64,000 bases of DNA, taken from Tenuifilaceae bacterium (GTDB taxonomy: Bacteria; Bacteroidota; Bacteroidia; Bacteroidales; Tenuifilaceae). The translations under genes and the position numbers were made by a program. The notes below the pieces were generated by a model, which made no database searches, was not told the origin of the DNA, and saw only the letters and a program-made list of their open reading frames with translations. Of the stretch, positions 48,257-56,776 are shown piece by piece. The stretch covers positions 5,852-69,851 of the forward strand of contig JAVEYY010000021.1 of assembly GCA_034003245.1 (NCBI GenBank), given 5' to 3'. Within the stretch, counting starts at the first letter, position 1. Each line of letters starts with the position of its first letter.

Positions 48257-48557
48257 GGCATGCTGCAGCCTCCGGTTAGTAACACTTGCTAATGATAGAC
48301 CAGTTCTGGTGCAACCTACCTTTGACAGGTAAACCTGAGCCGAACGTGGAGTAGCAAGAACTTTACCGAGCAGATGAATATCAGGGCTAAAGCCCATTTT
48401 ACTACAGGTTTTTCCCCTGCCCTAAAGGACAGGGTTATTGGCAGCCACTGCCTATTTACAATTTCAGATTCCTAGTTGGGTTAAGGGCTGTACCTCTGCA
48501 GAACGAAACAGTCCGTGTGCGACTTTAAGTTGCGCCCGGACTTATGCTCAAACCAAC
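48257..48557 (-). ncRNA. Candidate structured RNA or structured 3' UTR downstream of receptor 3 (family unknown)
   Basis: GC-rich for an intergenic region. It has several local hairpins (48510-48542, 48440-48452, 48414-48434, 48384-48395) and ends at the terminator above. The 48414-48434 stem is perfect only as minus-strand RNA (G-U versus C-A). Confidence 0.35.
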
Positions 48558-50912
48558 CTAAAACTTAAAAGTATAGCTAATTGAGGGCATAATTGGGAAA
48601 AGGCTAAAACGATATAACTTGGGTGTATCGTTGTGATATCGTGTAAAATAAAAATAGGGGTTCTTCCTATTGTAAATATTAATGATGCTAAAATCCCAGA
48701 CGCCAACCCAACCCTTATGGTATTTGGTATGTGATATTCCTATATCGGCTCGATGGTATGAACGATCGCGATAGTTGTTAACGCCATCGTAAATAAAAAC
48801 AAAGTTACCCTCGTTATCTTTATACTGCTCAGACGGCAAGCTGTAGGGCAAACCCGTACCAAAAACCCAGGTAAAGGTAAGGCTTAATCTCTCGTTAAGC
48901 TGCTGGTTGTATAGCAACGACAAATTTACCAACCTATCGTACCTAAATGGGAATTCATTGCCGCTGTTAATATCTTTAAACTGTCTACCGGCTTTGGAAA
49001 CCCCAATGCTTACCCAACCCGTTGATGAGCCTTTTAGCTTTTGCAACATCAGCTCAACACCCATTGCACTCCCCTTACCATTGGTGGCTAGTACTTTGGC
49101 AAGGTCGTTCCCCAAAACGTACGACACCCCCTCCTTTAGGTCGGCTAAATTGGAGAGTTTTTTATGGTAAGCCTCTAGGGTTACTTCGTAAAACCCATCG
49201 TAAGCCACATGGTTAAGTCCTAACGACCAAATTTTGCTTGCAGAGGGTGGTGCAAATGCTCCAGCAGGTATCCGATAATCTGTTGGCATACCTGCGCTAT
49301 TGTTTGAGACCAAATGGAAGTGCTGATGCATAACGGAGTACGACCCCTTTAAAGAGGTGTTGCTAGTAATTTTTCTGGACACAAGTATCCGAGGCTCAAT
49401 AAAATTGAATACCTCATCGGTATAGATAAGCTTTTGCGCACGCACCCCAATATTTAAACCAAATCCGTAGTAGTTGCTAAGTATAAACTCACCGTACGCA
49501 CTTGGGCTTAAGGCGCTACCAGAGGTGTAGCCTGTAGCAGCTGGCGCAACCTCACTAGCACCATCGGCCACCTGCTTTATGGTAGTTTGCCCAGGGTTAT
49601 ACCGATGCGAAACAAGGGCGCAACCCAAAAGTATGGTAACCTTATTGCTGACTCTGTAATTGTAATTTATGTTCAAAAAATCATCCCTAACGTTCGATTT
49701 AAAAGATGATTCTACTTCATAGTTCCCAAGGGTTTTAACATCGATATTAGACAGCTCTGAGTACGTGTACGCGGTTGTGCCAACCGTAATGTTCAAGTAG
49801 TTTCGGCTGTTAACAATACGATTAAACCTTAACGCTGCTCCCAAATTACCCCACTGGTTGGTAAGCGATGAGCTTACCGATTCATCGTCCTTGGTTTTCA
49901 CACCCAGCTTATCGTTGCCATTATAAAAGCTAAAGTATAGGCGGCTCTTTTCGGAAATGTGAGTATTTAGTTTTACGTTCATATCGTACATGCTATAGTT
50001 CTCATCAACCTTAAAAATCCAACGTAAAAAGGGAATGGTATTTTTCCGAAGCGATACCAAATAGCCTGCCCTGCCTTTAACAATTGGGCCATGAGCTAAA
50101 ACTTTAGATGTAAGCATTCCCAAGGTAATGCTTTGCCTGTGCTCAGCCATATCGCCATCGAGAGTATGCACATCAACAACTGCCGATAGCCGCCCTCCGT
50201 AGCGAGCGGGGAAAGCACCAACGTAAAATGTTGCATCCTTTACAATATCGGAATTAAAGGTAGAGGTAAAACCACCAAGGTGCGTTACGTGGTACAGGGG
50301 CAACTCATCTAAAAGGAATAGGTTTTGGTCATGGCTGCCTCCCCTAACGTACAAATTACTGTTGCCATCGCCTGCAAGTTGCGTTGCAGGTGCAAGCTGA
50401 TAGTATAGCAGCATATCCTTTTCACCGGCAAAAGATGGCAACCCTGCTAGCTGCCTTGGATTAAGCCTAAATACAGACATCTCTGGCTTTAGCGCGCTCT
50501 TTTTGGAGAAAACCTTAACCTCTCCTATTGAATGGGCCGATGAGGTTAGCTGAATATTGGCAACCTGCTCTTTATGCGGTAAGGTAACTTGCAAAGGAGA
50601 ATACCCTATGTGCGAGAAATAAACATCAACAGAATCCATTCCTTGGGAAAGCCATAACGTGAAATGGCCATAGGCATTAGTTGTTGTGCCTTGCCCCGTT
50701 TTGATGTTTACCACTGAGGCTCCTACAAGCACCTCTTTACTATGAGCATCAATTACGGTACCCGATACAGAAACATTTCTGCTCTGGCTTAAGCCCGTAA
50801 TTGGTTTTACAACTGCCGATAAAAGAACAATCACAACAATTAACCCTGATATTATTGAAGCATTGATGCTAAGTAGTTTCATAAGATTACTAATCGATAG
50901 TTCTAGAGGCAA
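48558..50912 (-). CDS. TonB-dependent receptor 3 (divergent paralog)
   Basis: 784 aa. CarboxypepD_reg-like VSGTVIDAHSKEVLVGASVV, plug block YVRGGSHDQNLFLLDE, and it ends exactly at the beta-signal PSISYTFKF. The start may be the Met at 50882. Confidence 0.85.
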   Translation of the reverse strand: MPLELSISNLMKLLSINASIISGLIVVIVLLSAVVKPITGLSQSRNVSVSGTVIDAHSKEVLVGASVVNIKTGQGTTTNAYGHFTLWLSQGMDSVDVYFSHIGYSPLQVTLPHKEQVANIQLTSSAHSIGEVKVFSKKSALKPEMSVFRLNPRQLAGLPSFAGEKDMLLYYQLAPATQLAGDGNSNLYVRGGSHDQNLFLLDELPLYHVTHLGGFTSTFNSDIVKDATFYVGAFPARYGGRLSAVVDVHTLDGDMAEHRQSITLGMLTSKVLAHGPIVKGRAGYLVSLRKNTIPFLRWIFKVDENYSMYDMNVKLNTHISEKSRLYFSFYNGNDKLGVKTKDDESVSSSLTNQWGNLGAALRFNRIVNSRNYLNITVGTTAYTYSELSNIDVKTLGNYEVESSFKSNVRDDFLNINYNYRVSNKVTILLGCALVSHRYNPGQTTIKQVADGASEVAPAATGYTSGSALSPSAYGEFILSNYYGFGLNIGVRAQKLIYTDEVFNFIEPRILVSRKITSNTSLKGSYSVMHQHFHLVSNNSAGMPTDYRIPAGAFAPPSASKIWSLGLNHVAYDGFYEVTLEAYHKKLSNLADLKEGVSYVLGNDLAKVLATNGKGSAMGVELMLQKLKGSSTGWVSIGVSKAGRQFKDINSGNEFPFRYDRLVNLSLLYNQQLNERLSLTFTWVFGTGLPYSLPSEQYKDNEGNFVFIYDGVNNYRDRSYHRADIGISHTKYHKGWVGVWDFSIINIYNRKNPYFYFTRYHNDTPKLYRFSLFPIMPSISYTFKF

Positions 50913-51858
50913 TATGCATTACAGTATCTACCTTTGCATAACCAGCAAAAATGCCATACCCGCCAACAATATTCGACATAACAGCAACCGGCGGAGCAAT
51001 GCCATACAAAAAATCGCCCTCAACGGCATACATCTGCGTGTATTTTGATGTTTTATAATGAAAATATGCCTTTGAAACGGCACGTAGCTCAACCCTCAGG
51101 TAATGCTCGGGGAACTGGTATCCAGTAAGGGGATTCCAGGAACTTGATGTTTCGTACATAAAATCGACTAGGGCTTCCTGCTGATTTTCGTCAAACCTAA
51201 AAAGTAAGGTTTCCGGATATCCGCTCCCTATAAGCATTAGGTCGGGGTAATAGGTTTCGCGGGTAATTAGCGGGTGGTTCGACTTTAAGGGCGTGGTTGA
51301 GCTGTAAAACTCCAAATCATCGTCATCATCCCAAATCTCGGCAAGATAAAGAGCCACTTCAAAGTATTGACTTTGTGTTACTTCATTTATCGATTTTATG
51401 GAAATACTTACCTGGTTATAAAAATCGTTACCAATAGGTTGCACCGAGGCATCTACTATTAAGGCTGGGTAAGGAATGGTATCGGTAGCAAATGCCTCAA
51501 CATCTCCAGTAGAATTGTACAGTTCTATCCTGTATATACCACCAGACTCATACTCTAATTCGTTTGTTGTAAAAGTGATGTAATCAAAATTATAATTTGG
51601 GGTAAGCGCATACTCATACCCGCTAGTCACATTGGTTATACTAGCGTTAAAATCATCAATTTTGCTAATTGAGGTGGAGTAGGCAGGCTGAGTATGCGTT
51701 ACGTAAACATATGGATTTTTATGCGATACAGTATATGAGCTAATTACAATACTGGGTTTATGCAATACAGATTCAACTTCAACAAGCTCTTCGCATCCCA
51801 CAAAAATTAGCAGCATACACAATAGTAGAATTCTCATTTTAATCGGACTACAACACAC
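50890..51858 (-). CDS. DUF4249-like lipoprotein (partner of receptor 3)
   Basis: 322 aa. Lipobox IFVGC (likely start at the Met at 51837) and C-terminal SNIVGGYGIFAGYA motif. Confidence 0.6.
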   Translation of the reverse strand: MCCSPIKMRILLLCMLLIFVGCEELVEVESVLHKPSIVISSYTVSHKNPYVYVTHTQPAYSTSISKIDDFNASITNVTSGYEYALTPNYNFDYITFTTNELEYESGGIYRIELYNSTGDVEAFATDTIPYPALIVDASVQPIGNDFYNQVSISIKSINEVTQSQYFEVALYLAEIWDDDDDLEFYSSTTPLKSNHPLITRETYYPDLMLIGSGYPETLLFRFDENQQEALVDFMYETSSSWNPLTGYQFPEHYLRVELRAVSKAYFHYKTSKYTQMYAVEGDFLYGIAPPVAVMSNIVGGYGIFAGYAKVDTVMHIASRTID

Positions 51859-51924
51859 CTAGGATTATACTTTTACTAACGATGAGGAAAGGTACTTTAG
51901 TGTACCCTTCCTCAACACTAAGGG

Positions 51925-52686
51925 TTACCAAACAATTGGATTATTGCTCTCCCTAATTTCAAAATTTGAATAGGTATTGGTGTATAACATAACTCCAAGT
52001 CTGTAATATCCAGCTGCACATAGAGGATGCTCCATCTCCCATTCAAAGTTAATGTGACCTTGTTGCCAATTCCACTTTTCATCACAGTGCCATCTGCACA
52101 ACCAACATTTTGTATAACCCCATTTAAAGATAAAACCTGATGGATCGTTGTCAACTGGAAAATATTTCAAGCCAAGGTATTTGCGTTTTATTTTTGCTTT
52201 GTATCCAATGAAATACTGGTCTGGTGGCCATGGGTCTAGACTTTTTGCTGTAATTTCAGCCTTAAATGAAACCACAAATTCTTCTGATTCGTATTCCTCA
52301 GGCATACTTAAAATTTCAATGAAAACTTGAGGCAAATTATCAGTTATATAAACATTTTCATTAAATTGATTATTGGCTGTTGGGATAGAAACAACAGATG
52401 AAAACTCACCTTTATCCTTTAATGGTGTTAAACTAAGCGAAAAAGCATTTGTAAACCCATATAGGGAGACAGAGTCGCTAGATGACAATAGAAAACTAAC
52501 CTTGTTCTTTTTATCATTTAATGAAACATCAACTGTATCGGTAAAGATAAAACATTCATCCTCGATATTGTTAGCAGAGGTAACATAACTGGGTTTGATA
52601 CCACTCTTTTGGCATGAAGATGAAATCAGCAGCAAAATAAGAATACATAATAAACTTACACTTGCACAACTTTTAATTTTAATCAT
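51925..52686 (-). CDS. Hypothetical lipoprotein with a Cys/Trp-rich C-terminus
   Basis: The track ORF extends to 52773, but that extension lies in the duplicated non-coding leader. MIKIKSCASVSLLCILILLLISSSC at 52686 is a proper lipoprotein signal. Confidence 0.55.
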   Translation of the reverse strand: MIKIKSCASVSLLCILILLLISSSCQKSGIKPSYVTSANNIEDECFIFTDTVDVSLNDKKNKVSFLLSSSDSVSLYGFTNAFSLSLTPLKDKGEFSSVVSIPTANNQFNENVYITDNLPQVFIEILSMPEEYESEEFVVSFKAEITAKSLDPWPPDQYFIGYKAKIKRKYLGLKYFPVDNDPSGFIFKWGYTKCWLCRWHCDEKWNWQQGHINFEWEMEHPLCAAGYYRLGVMLYTNTYSNFEIRESNNPIVW

Positions 52687-52975
52687 CGTAATAAGTTTTA
52701 ATTCGACTTTAATTAGTTGAGTTGGCCTCACCTCCCAGAGTGATTTAGCAGTTGTTCTATGGGGGTGGGGCATTTTTTTAGCCAGTTTTTATAAGGGTTC
52801 ATTTGACCTCCCTCCTTAATTTGTTACAGGACTAAGGTTATCCCTGTATCAAGTAGTTTACCCTATAATTTCGGGGCGGTATCAACTCCGTCATTTGGTC
52901 AATTGCCTTGCAACAACCTATGATTATGCATTATAATATTTTTTCCTTATATGTAAATATATATTAGGTGTATTT

Positions 52976-53048
52976 TTACACGTGTAAATGTAGACAAACA
53001 TAATATTTACAAGTGACATTACCCCCCCAGAGATTATGTTATATAACA
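52976..53048 (-). promoter_or_regulatory. Candidate promoter of cassette 3: palindrome, G7 tract, 19 nt, TAnnTTTG, TTACACGTGTAA palindrome
   Basis: Read on the minus strand: TGTTATATAACA (53037-53048), G7 (53022-53028), a 19-nt spacer, TATGTTTG (52995-53002), then TTACACGTGTAA (52976-52987). Confidence 0.55.
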
Positions 53049-53055
53049 CATCTCG

Positions 53056-53083
53056 CTTTCAGAGGGAGAGTCTCCCCTCAAAG
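53056..53083 (-). terminator. Imperfect GC hairpin just downstream of EamA copy B
   Basis: Same element as 42198-42225. Confidence 0.35.
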
Positions 53084-53128
53084 CACATAAACGATCTAGA
53101 AAGGATTGGTAATTAGATGGCTTAGGGT

Positions 53129-54040
53129 CTATAACCCCCGCTTACGAATATTCCAATTTAGGATTACTAGCGATAGTCCCACCAAAACCATGCCCAGTAT
53201 GGCAATTAGCGTGGGGTGCTCGTTGGGTAAAATTAGCCAGCTTAGCACGGCACCAAGCACGGGAATTATAAATTTCCACATGTTAAGGGTTGATAGTTTT
53301 ACACCTGGACGCTTTAATAATGTGTACCAAATTGATATGGCTGCAGCCGACAGGAAGCTAAGCCAGCCCAACGATAACCAGTATTCTAGAGGGAATGGCC
53401 CTGAATGAAAGTTTTCGGTTATCACACCTAAAACAAAAAGCATGGCTCCGCCAAAAATCATGGAGAACGAGCTGAGCACCAGCGGCGGAATATGGCGATT
53501 GTCGTTAGCAACCAGCATATTCCCAAAACCAGCCAATAAATTATTGGCAATCAGGATTAGAATACCTATGCTTACCATGGTTCCAACAGCGCCCATCTGC
53601 TTTCGTCCAAGGCTAATTATTGTAATACCCAGCAATCCCACAAGAATACTTGCAATCTTGCGGCGGTTAAGCATGTCGCCAGGCATAAAGAAATGGGCAA
53701 CAATGGCTATGAAAAGTGGCCCAGAACCAATAATCATAGCGCCCAGCGCACCGGGAACCATATCTACTCCTCTGTAAAAAAGAGCATACTGCAGAAAGGT
53801 TTGCACAAAACCCACAAGCAATATCTTAGAAATGTTTTGCTTGGCAACCATAAGTTTTGCACGTAAATCGGGAATAAAGGGAATAATAAGTAGTCCCGAC
53901 AGGAAAAAACGAATACCCGCAAACTGAAAGGGTGAGGTGTATTTTAGGCCAATCTTAATGCCCACAAATGCGGTTGACCAAAGTATGCAAGCAACAATGG
54001 CGAGGAAAATGGTTGAGCTAAGAAATGTTTTAATTTTCAA
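53129..54040 (-). CDS. EamA/DMT-family permease, copy B (full length)
   Basis: 303 aa (TTG start), about 10 TM helices, with two EamA-like halves. Confidence 0.85.
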   Translation of the reverse strand: MKIKTFLSSTIFLAIVACILWSTAFVGIKIGLKYTSPFQFAGIRFFLSGLLIIPFIPDLRAKLMVAKQNISKILLVGFVQTFLQYALFYRGVDMVPGALGAMIIGSGPLFIAIVAHFFMPGDMLNRRKIASILVGLLGITIISLGRKQMGAVGTMVSIGILILIANNLLAGFGNMLVANDNRHIPPLVLSSFSMIFGGAMLFVLGVITENFHSGPFPLEYWLSLGWLSFLSAAAISIWYTLLKRPGVKLSTLNMWKFIIPVLGAVLSWLILPNEHPTLIAILGMVLVGLSLVILNWNIRKRGL

Positions 54041-54115
54041 AACTTGGAAGTAATTTTGCTTGAAGTAATTTTTTAGAAAATTGACAAATCATACTTAAGA
54101 AAGATTACCCTCTGT

Positions 54116-55132
54116 CTAAGCCCAAGGTGAGGGATTAATGCTCTCGTCCTGGACAAATCCGGAATACTTCTCGGCAACCAGCGATAGCAAATCGTTCAGC
54201 TCATTTGGGCAATCGGTGGTAACGAGCTTAAGCCTTATCTCCTTAAAGTTGGGCAAACCCTTAAAGTAGCTGGTAAGGTGTCGGCGAAGCTCAAGAATTC
54301 CTCGTCGCTCCCCTTTAAACTCAATGGATTTTTGAAGATGCTCCTTTGCAATATCCACCTTCTCCTCAACAGAAAAAGGTTTCATTCGTTCGCCAGTTTG
54401 CATATAGTGTTTAATCTCCCTAAAAACCCAGGGTCGTCCGTAGGTTGCGCGACCAATCATAATGGCGTCAACGCCATATCGATTGAAGTAATCCACCGCC
54501 TTTTCAGGCCCATCGATATCGCCATTGCCAATAATTGGGATATGCATACGGGGATTTGCCTTTACCTCTCCAATAAGAGTCCAGTCGGCCTCGCCCTTAT
54601 ACAGTTGAGCACGGGTGCGGCCATGAATGGTAAGAGCCTTTATGCCTACATCCTGCAATCGCTCTGCAATCTCAACGATCTGCTTGGTGCTATCGTCCCA
54701 GCCCAAGCGTGTCTTAACGGTTACTGGCAGATGAGTTGCATTAACAATCTGGCGGGTCATCTCCACCATCTTGGGGATATCCTTCATCATTCCAGAACCC
54801 GCTCCGCGGTTGGCAATCTTTTTCACCGGGCAACCAAAGTTGATATCAACAACGTCGGGGTTGGCTTCGGCAGCCATCTTACAAGCCTCCACCATGCTCT
54901 CGATAATGTGGCCGTAAAGCTGAATCCCAATTGGTCGTTCGTGCTCAAAGATGTTTAACTTTGTCTGACAGCTGCTAGCATCTCTTATCAGTCCATCGGA
55001 GTTCACAAACTCGGTGAACATCATATCGGCACCAAACCGCTTGCAAAGATATCGGAACGACGGATCGGTAACATCTTCCATGGGCGCCAGGAAGAGAGGC
55101 TTATCACCTAGATCTAAATTATGTATTCTCAC
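54116..55132 (-). CDS. dusB: tRNA-dihydrouridine synthase
   Basis: 338 aa. LAPMEDVTDPSFRYLCKRFGADMMFTEF, DINFGCPVKK, LTIHGRTRAQ. Confidence 0.9.
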   Translation of the reverse strand: MRIHNLDLGDKPLFLAPMEDVTDPSFRYLCKRFGADMMFTEFVNSDGLIRDASSCQTKLNIFEHERPIGIQLYGHIIESMVEACKMAAEANPDVVDINFGCPVKKIANRGAGSGMMKDIPKMVEMTRQIVNATHLPVTVKTRLGWDDSTKQIVEIAERLQDVGIKALTIHGRTRAQLYKGEADWTLIGEVKANPRMHIPIIGNGDIDGPEKAVDYFNRYGVDAIMIGRATYGRPWVFREIKHYMQTGERMKPFSVEEKVDIAKEHLQKSIEFKGERRGILELRRHLTSYFKGLPNFKEIRLKLVTTDCPNELNDLLSLVAEKYSGFVQDESINPSPWA

Positions 55133-55241
55133 TGTGTATCAAAATTTTTGGGCTACAAAAATAGGCAGAGTTATTGAAATAAGCCCGTAAATGTTCAAAA
55201 AAGAGACCTTAAGCAAGATTGATTAGAATAATGGATTAATT

Positions 55242-55895
55242 TTGTTAAACAATTTTACAACCAGCAAAAGCATGAGACTAATTTTCCGATCGCTAACAAT
55301 TTTGGGTATTCTAACGCTCGTGTCGCTTTTCTATGGATGCCCAGGATGTGAGTTTGATTTCCCTATCAGCATAAATAAGATGGAGATTAAACTTTTGGAT
55401 AATTCAGGCGAAAAACCCCAAATCACCGAATCGGAATTTCAGTCCAGGACAGCCATTGCATTTACATGCCAGCTTTTCGACTCCATCTACTACTACCCCT
55501 ACGACTATGCTTACCAGAGTCACGCTGCATTTTCAATCTTTCAGTCGGCACAGGCTTGGTCCTGTGTGGAGAATTACACACTTGAAAACAAGGTAACTGA
55601 CATCAAGATTAAAACCATTCACGATATTTCCGCTAATGTTAAAGCCAACGACGATGTTACCCATCTTTTTGTGGCCGAACTTCCTGAGACCCATCAGGAG
55701 TACCTGTACTTCACAATAGATCAAATAATTGAACGAGTTAACAGCAATGCTACTTTTTGGAATCCTTGGGTATCGCTGTACCTTTTTTTTACCATTGAAC
55801 TTGAACACGATAGCGCTTGTTTCGATGTTCAAATCACACTCGATAGCGGGGAGATTCTGCACTCTGTGACACCCATTATTTTTGCTCAAAACTAG
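55242..55895 (+). CDS. Hypothetical lipoprotein
   Basis: The likely start is MRLIFRSLTILGILTLVSLFYGC at 55272 (lipobox). No family recognised. Confidence 0.45.
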   Translation: MLNNFTTSKSMRLIFRSLTILGILTLVSLFYGCPGCEFDFPISINKMEIKLLDNSGEKPQITESEFQSRTAIAFTCQLFDSIYYYPYDYAYQSHAAFSIFQSAQAWSCVENYTLENKVTDIKIKTIHDISANVKANDDVTHLFVAELPETHQEYLYFTIDQIIERVNSNATFWNPWVSLYLFFTIELEHDSACFDVQITLDSGEILHSVTPIIFAQN

Positions 55896-55903
55896 TATCG
55901 ATT

Positions 55904-56764
55904 ATGAAGTTCCAACTCTGCCTTATCATCACTGTTCTTTCAACACTATATTCACTTAAGTCATTTAGCCACAAAGGTTTTATAAGGATAGAACAGATTG
56001 CGTATGGATTTAACTTTAGTAGTAGCTGGTCGCAATCGCAACCATTGGGAGTAAATATCGATTTCACCAACTACATTCATAGCAGCAAAATTGATAATGG
56101 CGCTAGCCTTGGGTTCGGATCGACTTTTGGCATTGGAAATACTATTAAAGTAGATGCAAGAGCAAGCTACAGCCCCGACACAAGGCTAAACATGAAAGGC
56201 CAGATTGCCTTCTTTACTGGCAAATACTTTGGCTTGGTAGGTGGATACGCAACCTATAGTAACACAGTAAACAATTACAGAGATTTTTTCGAAAACCAGT
56301 CGGACGAATACATCCTTCTGGCAAATTCGTATCTATGCTTCGAGGGAATTCAGTTCTCGAACCGGGCAATTTACCTGGGGCCAACCATGCGATACAGCAT
56401 GGGAATAATAAGTATTGAGGGCAGCGTGGCTTTGGGTTACGCGCAGAATTCGAACTTCAGCACCACTATTGCACAGAAAAAAGTTGATTCCAACTACCGC
56501 AAAGAGATGGCATACGATATAGTTACATCATCTTATCTCGTGGTAATGCCCGAGGTAAAATTTAATGCAGATATTTTTAGCTTCGATATTACTACCTTTG
56601 GGTTTGAAGTTTCAGTTTTTGGGGAGTTTAGCAAGCGAAGCCTAAATTATAACCTAACCGAAAGTTCGTGGACCAACACTCAACCAACGAGCCAAAAAGT
56701 TGAAAACCCCAAGCGACTTACATCCCGATTAAATGTTGATGTATCGATAATTTGGAAATTCTAA
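55904..56764 (+). CDS. Hypothetical outer-membrane beta-barrel-like protein
   Basis: 286 aa with a signal peptide, alternating beta pattern and a C-terminal ...IIWKF. Confidence 0.45.
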   Translation: MKFQLCLIITVLSTLYSLKSFSHKGFIRIEQIAYGFNFSSSWSQSQPLGVNIDFTNYIHSSKIDNGASLGFGSTFGIGNTIKVDARASYSPDTRLNMKGQIAFFTGKYFGLVGGYATYSNTVNNYRDFFENQSDEYILLANSYLCFEGIQFSNRAIYLGPTMRYSMGIISIEGSVALGYAQNSNFSTTIAQKKVDSNYRKEMAYDIVTSSYLVVMPEVKFNADIFSFDITTFGFEVSVFGEFSKRSLNYNLTESSWTNTQPTSQKVENPKRLTSRLNVDVSIIWKF

Positions 56765-56776
56765 AGAATCTTCAAA

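Larger units (their letters stand above)
52721..54040. repeat. Segmental duplication copy B (leader + EamA gene); partner at 41860-43175
   Basis: Collinear with copy A; see that entry. Confidence 0.9.

Noticed and set aside
48110-48397. 95-aa minus-strand ORF and 61-aa plus-strand ORF (48147-48332) in the intergenic region.
   Set aside because: Their composition is rich in Arg, Ser and Cys. They have no start context, overlap strong RNA hairpins and a terminator, and resemble no protein family.
48140-48557. Resemblances to known RNAs. On the minus strand, AAGTCCGGGC resembles the RNase P P4 strand. On the plus strand, GCCACTG resembles a cobalamin-riboswitch B12 box, and GCTGATGGTTTGCAGCGGG resembles a Bacteroidota tmRNA 5' end.
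   Set aside because: In each case only one short word matches. For RNase P there is no complementary P4 3' strand and none of the GGTAAGGGTGAAA or GGTGCGGTAAGAGCGCACC blocks. For cobalamin there is no AGGGAA/GGTGAAA core. For tmRNA there is no acceptor/T-arm, no CCA end and no tag reading frame. I kept the region only as an unclassified structured-RNA candidate.
52687-52773. N-terminal extension of the 282-aa ORF (MPHPHRTTAKSLWEV...) and the 72-aa plus-strand ORF at 41848-42066.
   Set aside because: Both lie inside the duplicated leader sequence. In copy A the same sequence is not followed by any homologous gene. A proper lipoprotein signal peptide begins at the internal Met at 52686.
52803-52990. 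The conserved leader upstream of a TonB-dependent receptor cassette could be a known riboswitch (cobalamin, TPP, MoCo).
   Set aside because: I could not find the defining conserved cores of these aptamers by eye. This remains open pending an Rfam scan.
41860-54040. The direct repeats bracketing ~9.5 kb could indicate a composite transposon or other mobile element.
   Set aside because: There is no transposase, integrase, terminal inverted repeats or target-site duplication. The repeats consist of an ordinary permease gene plus promoter, so a segmental duplication is the simpler explanation.
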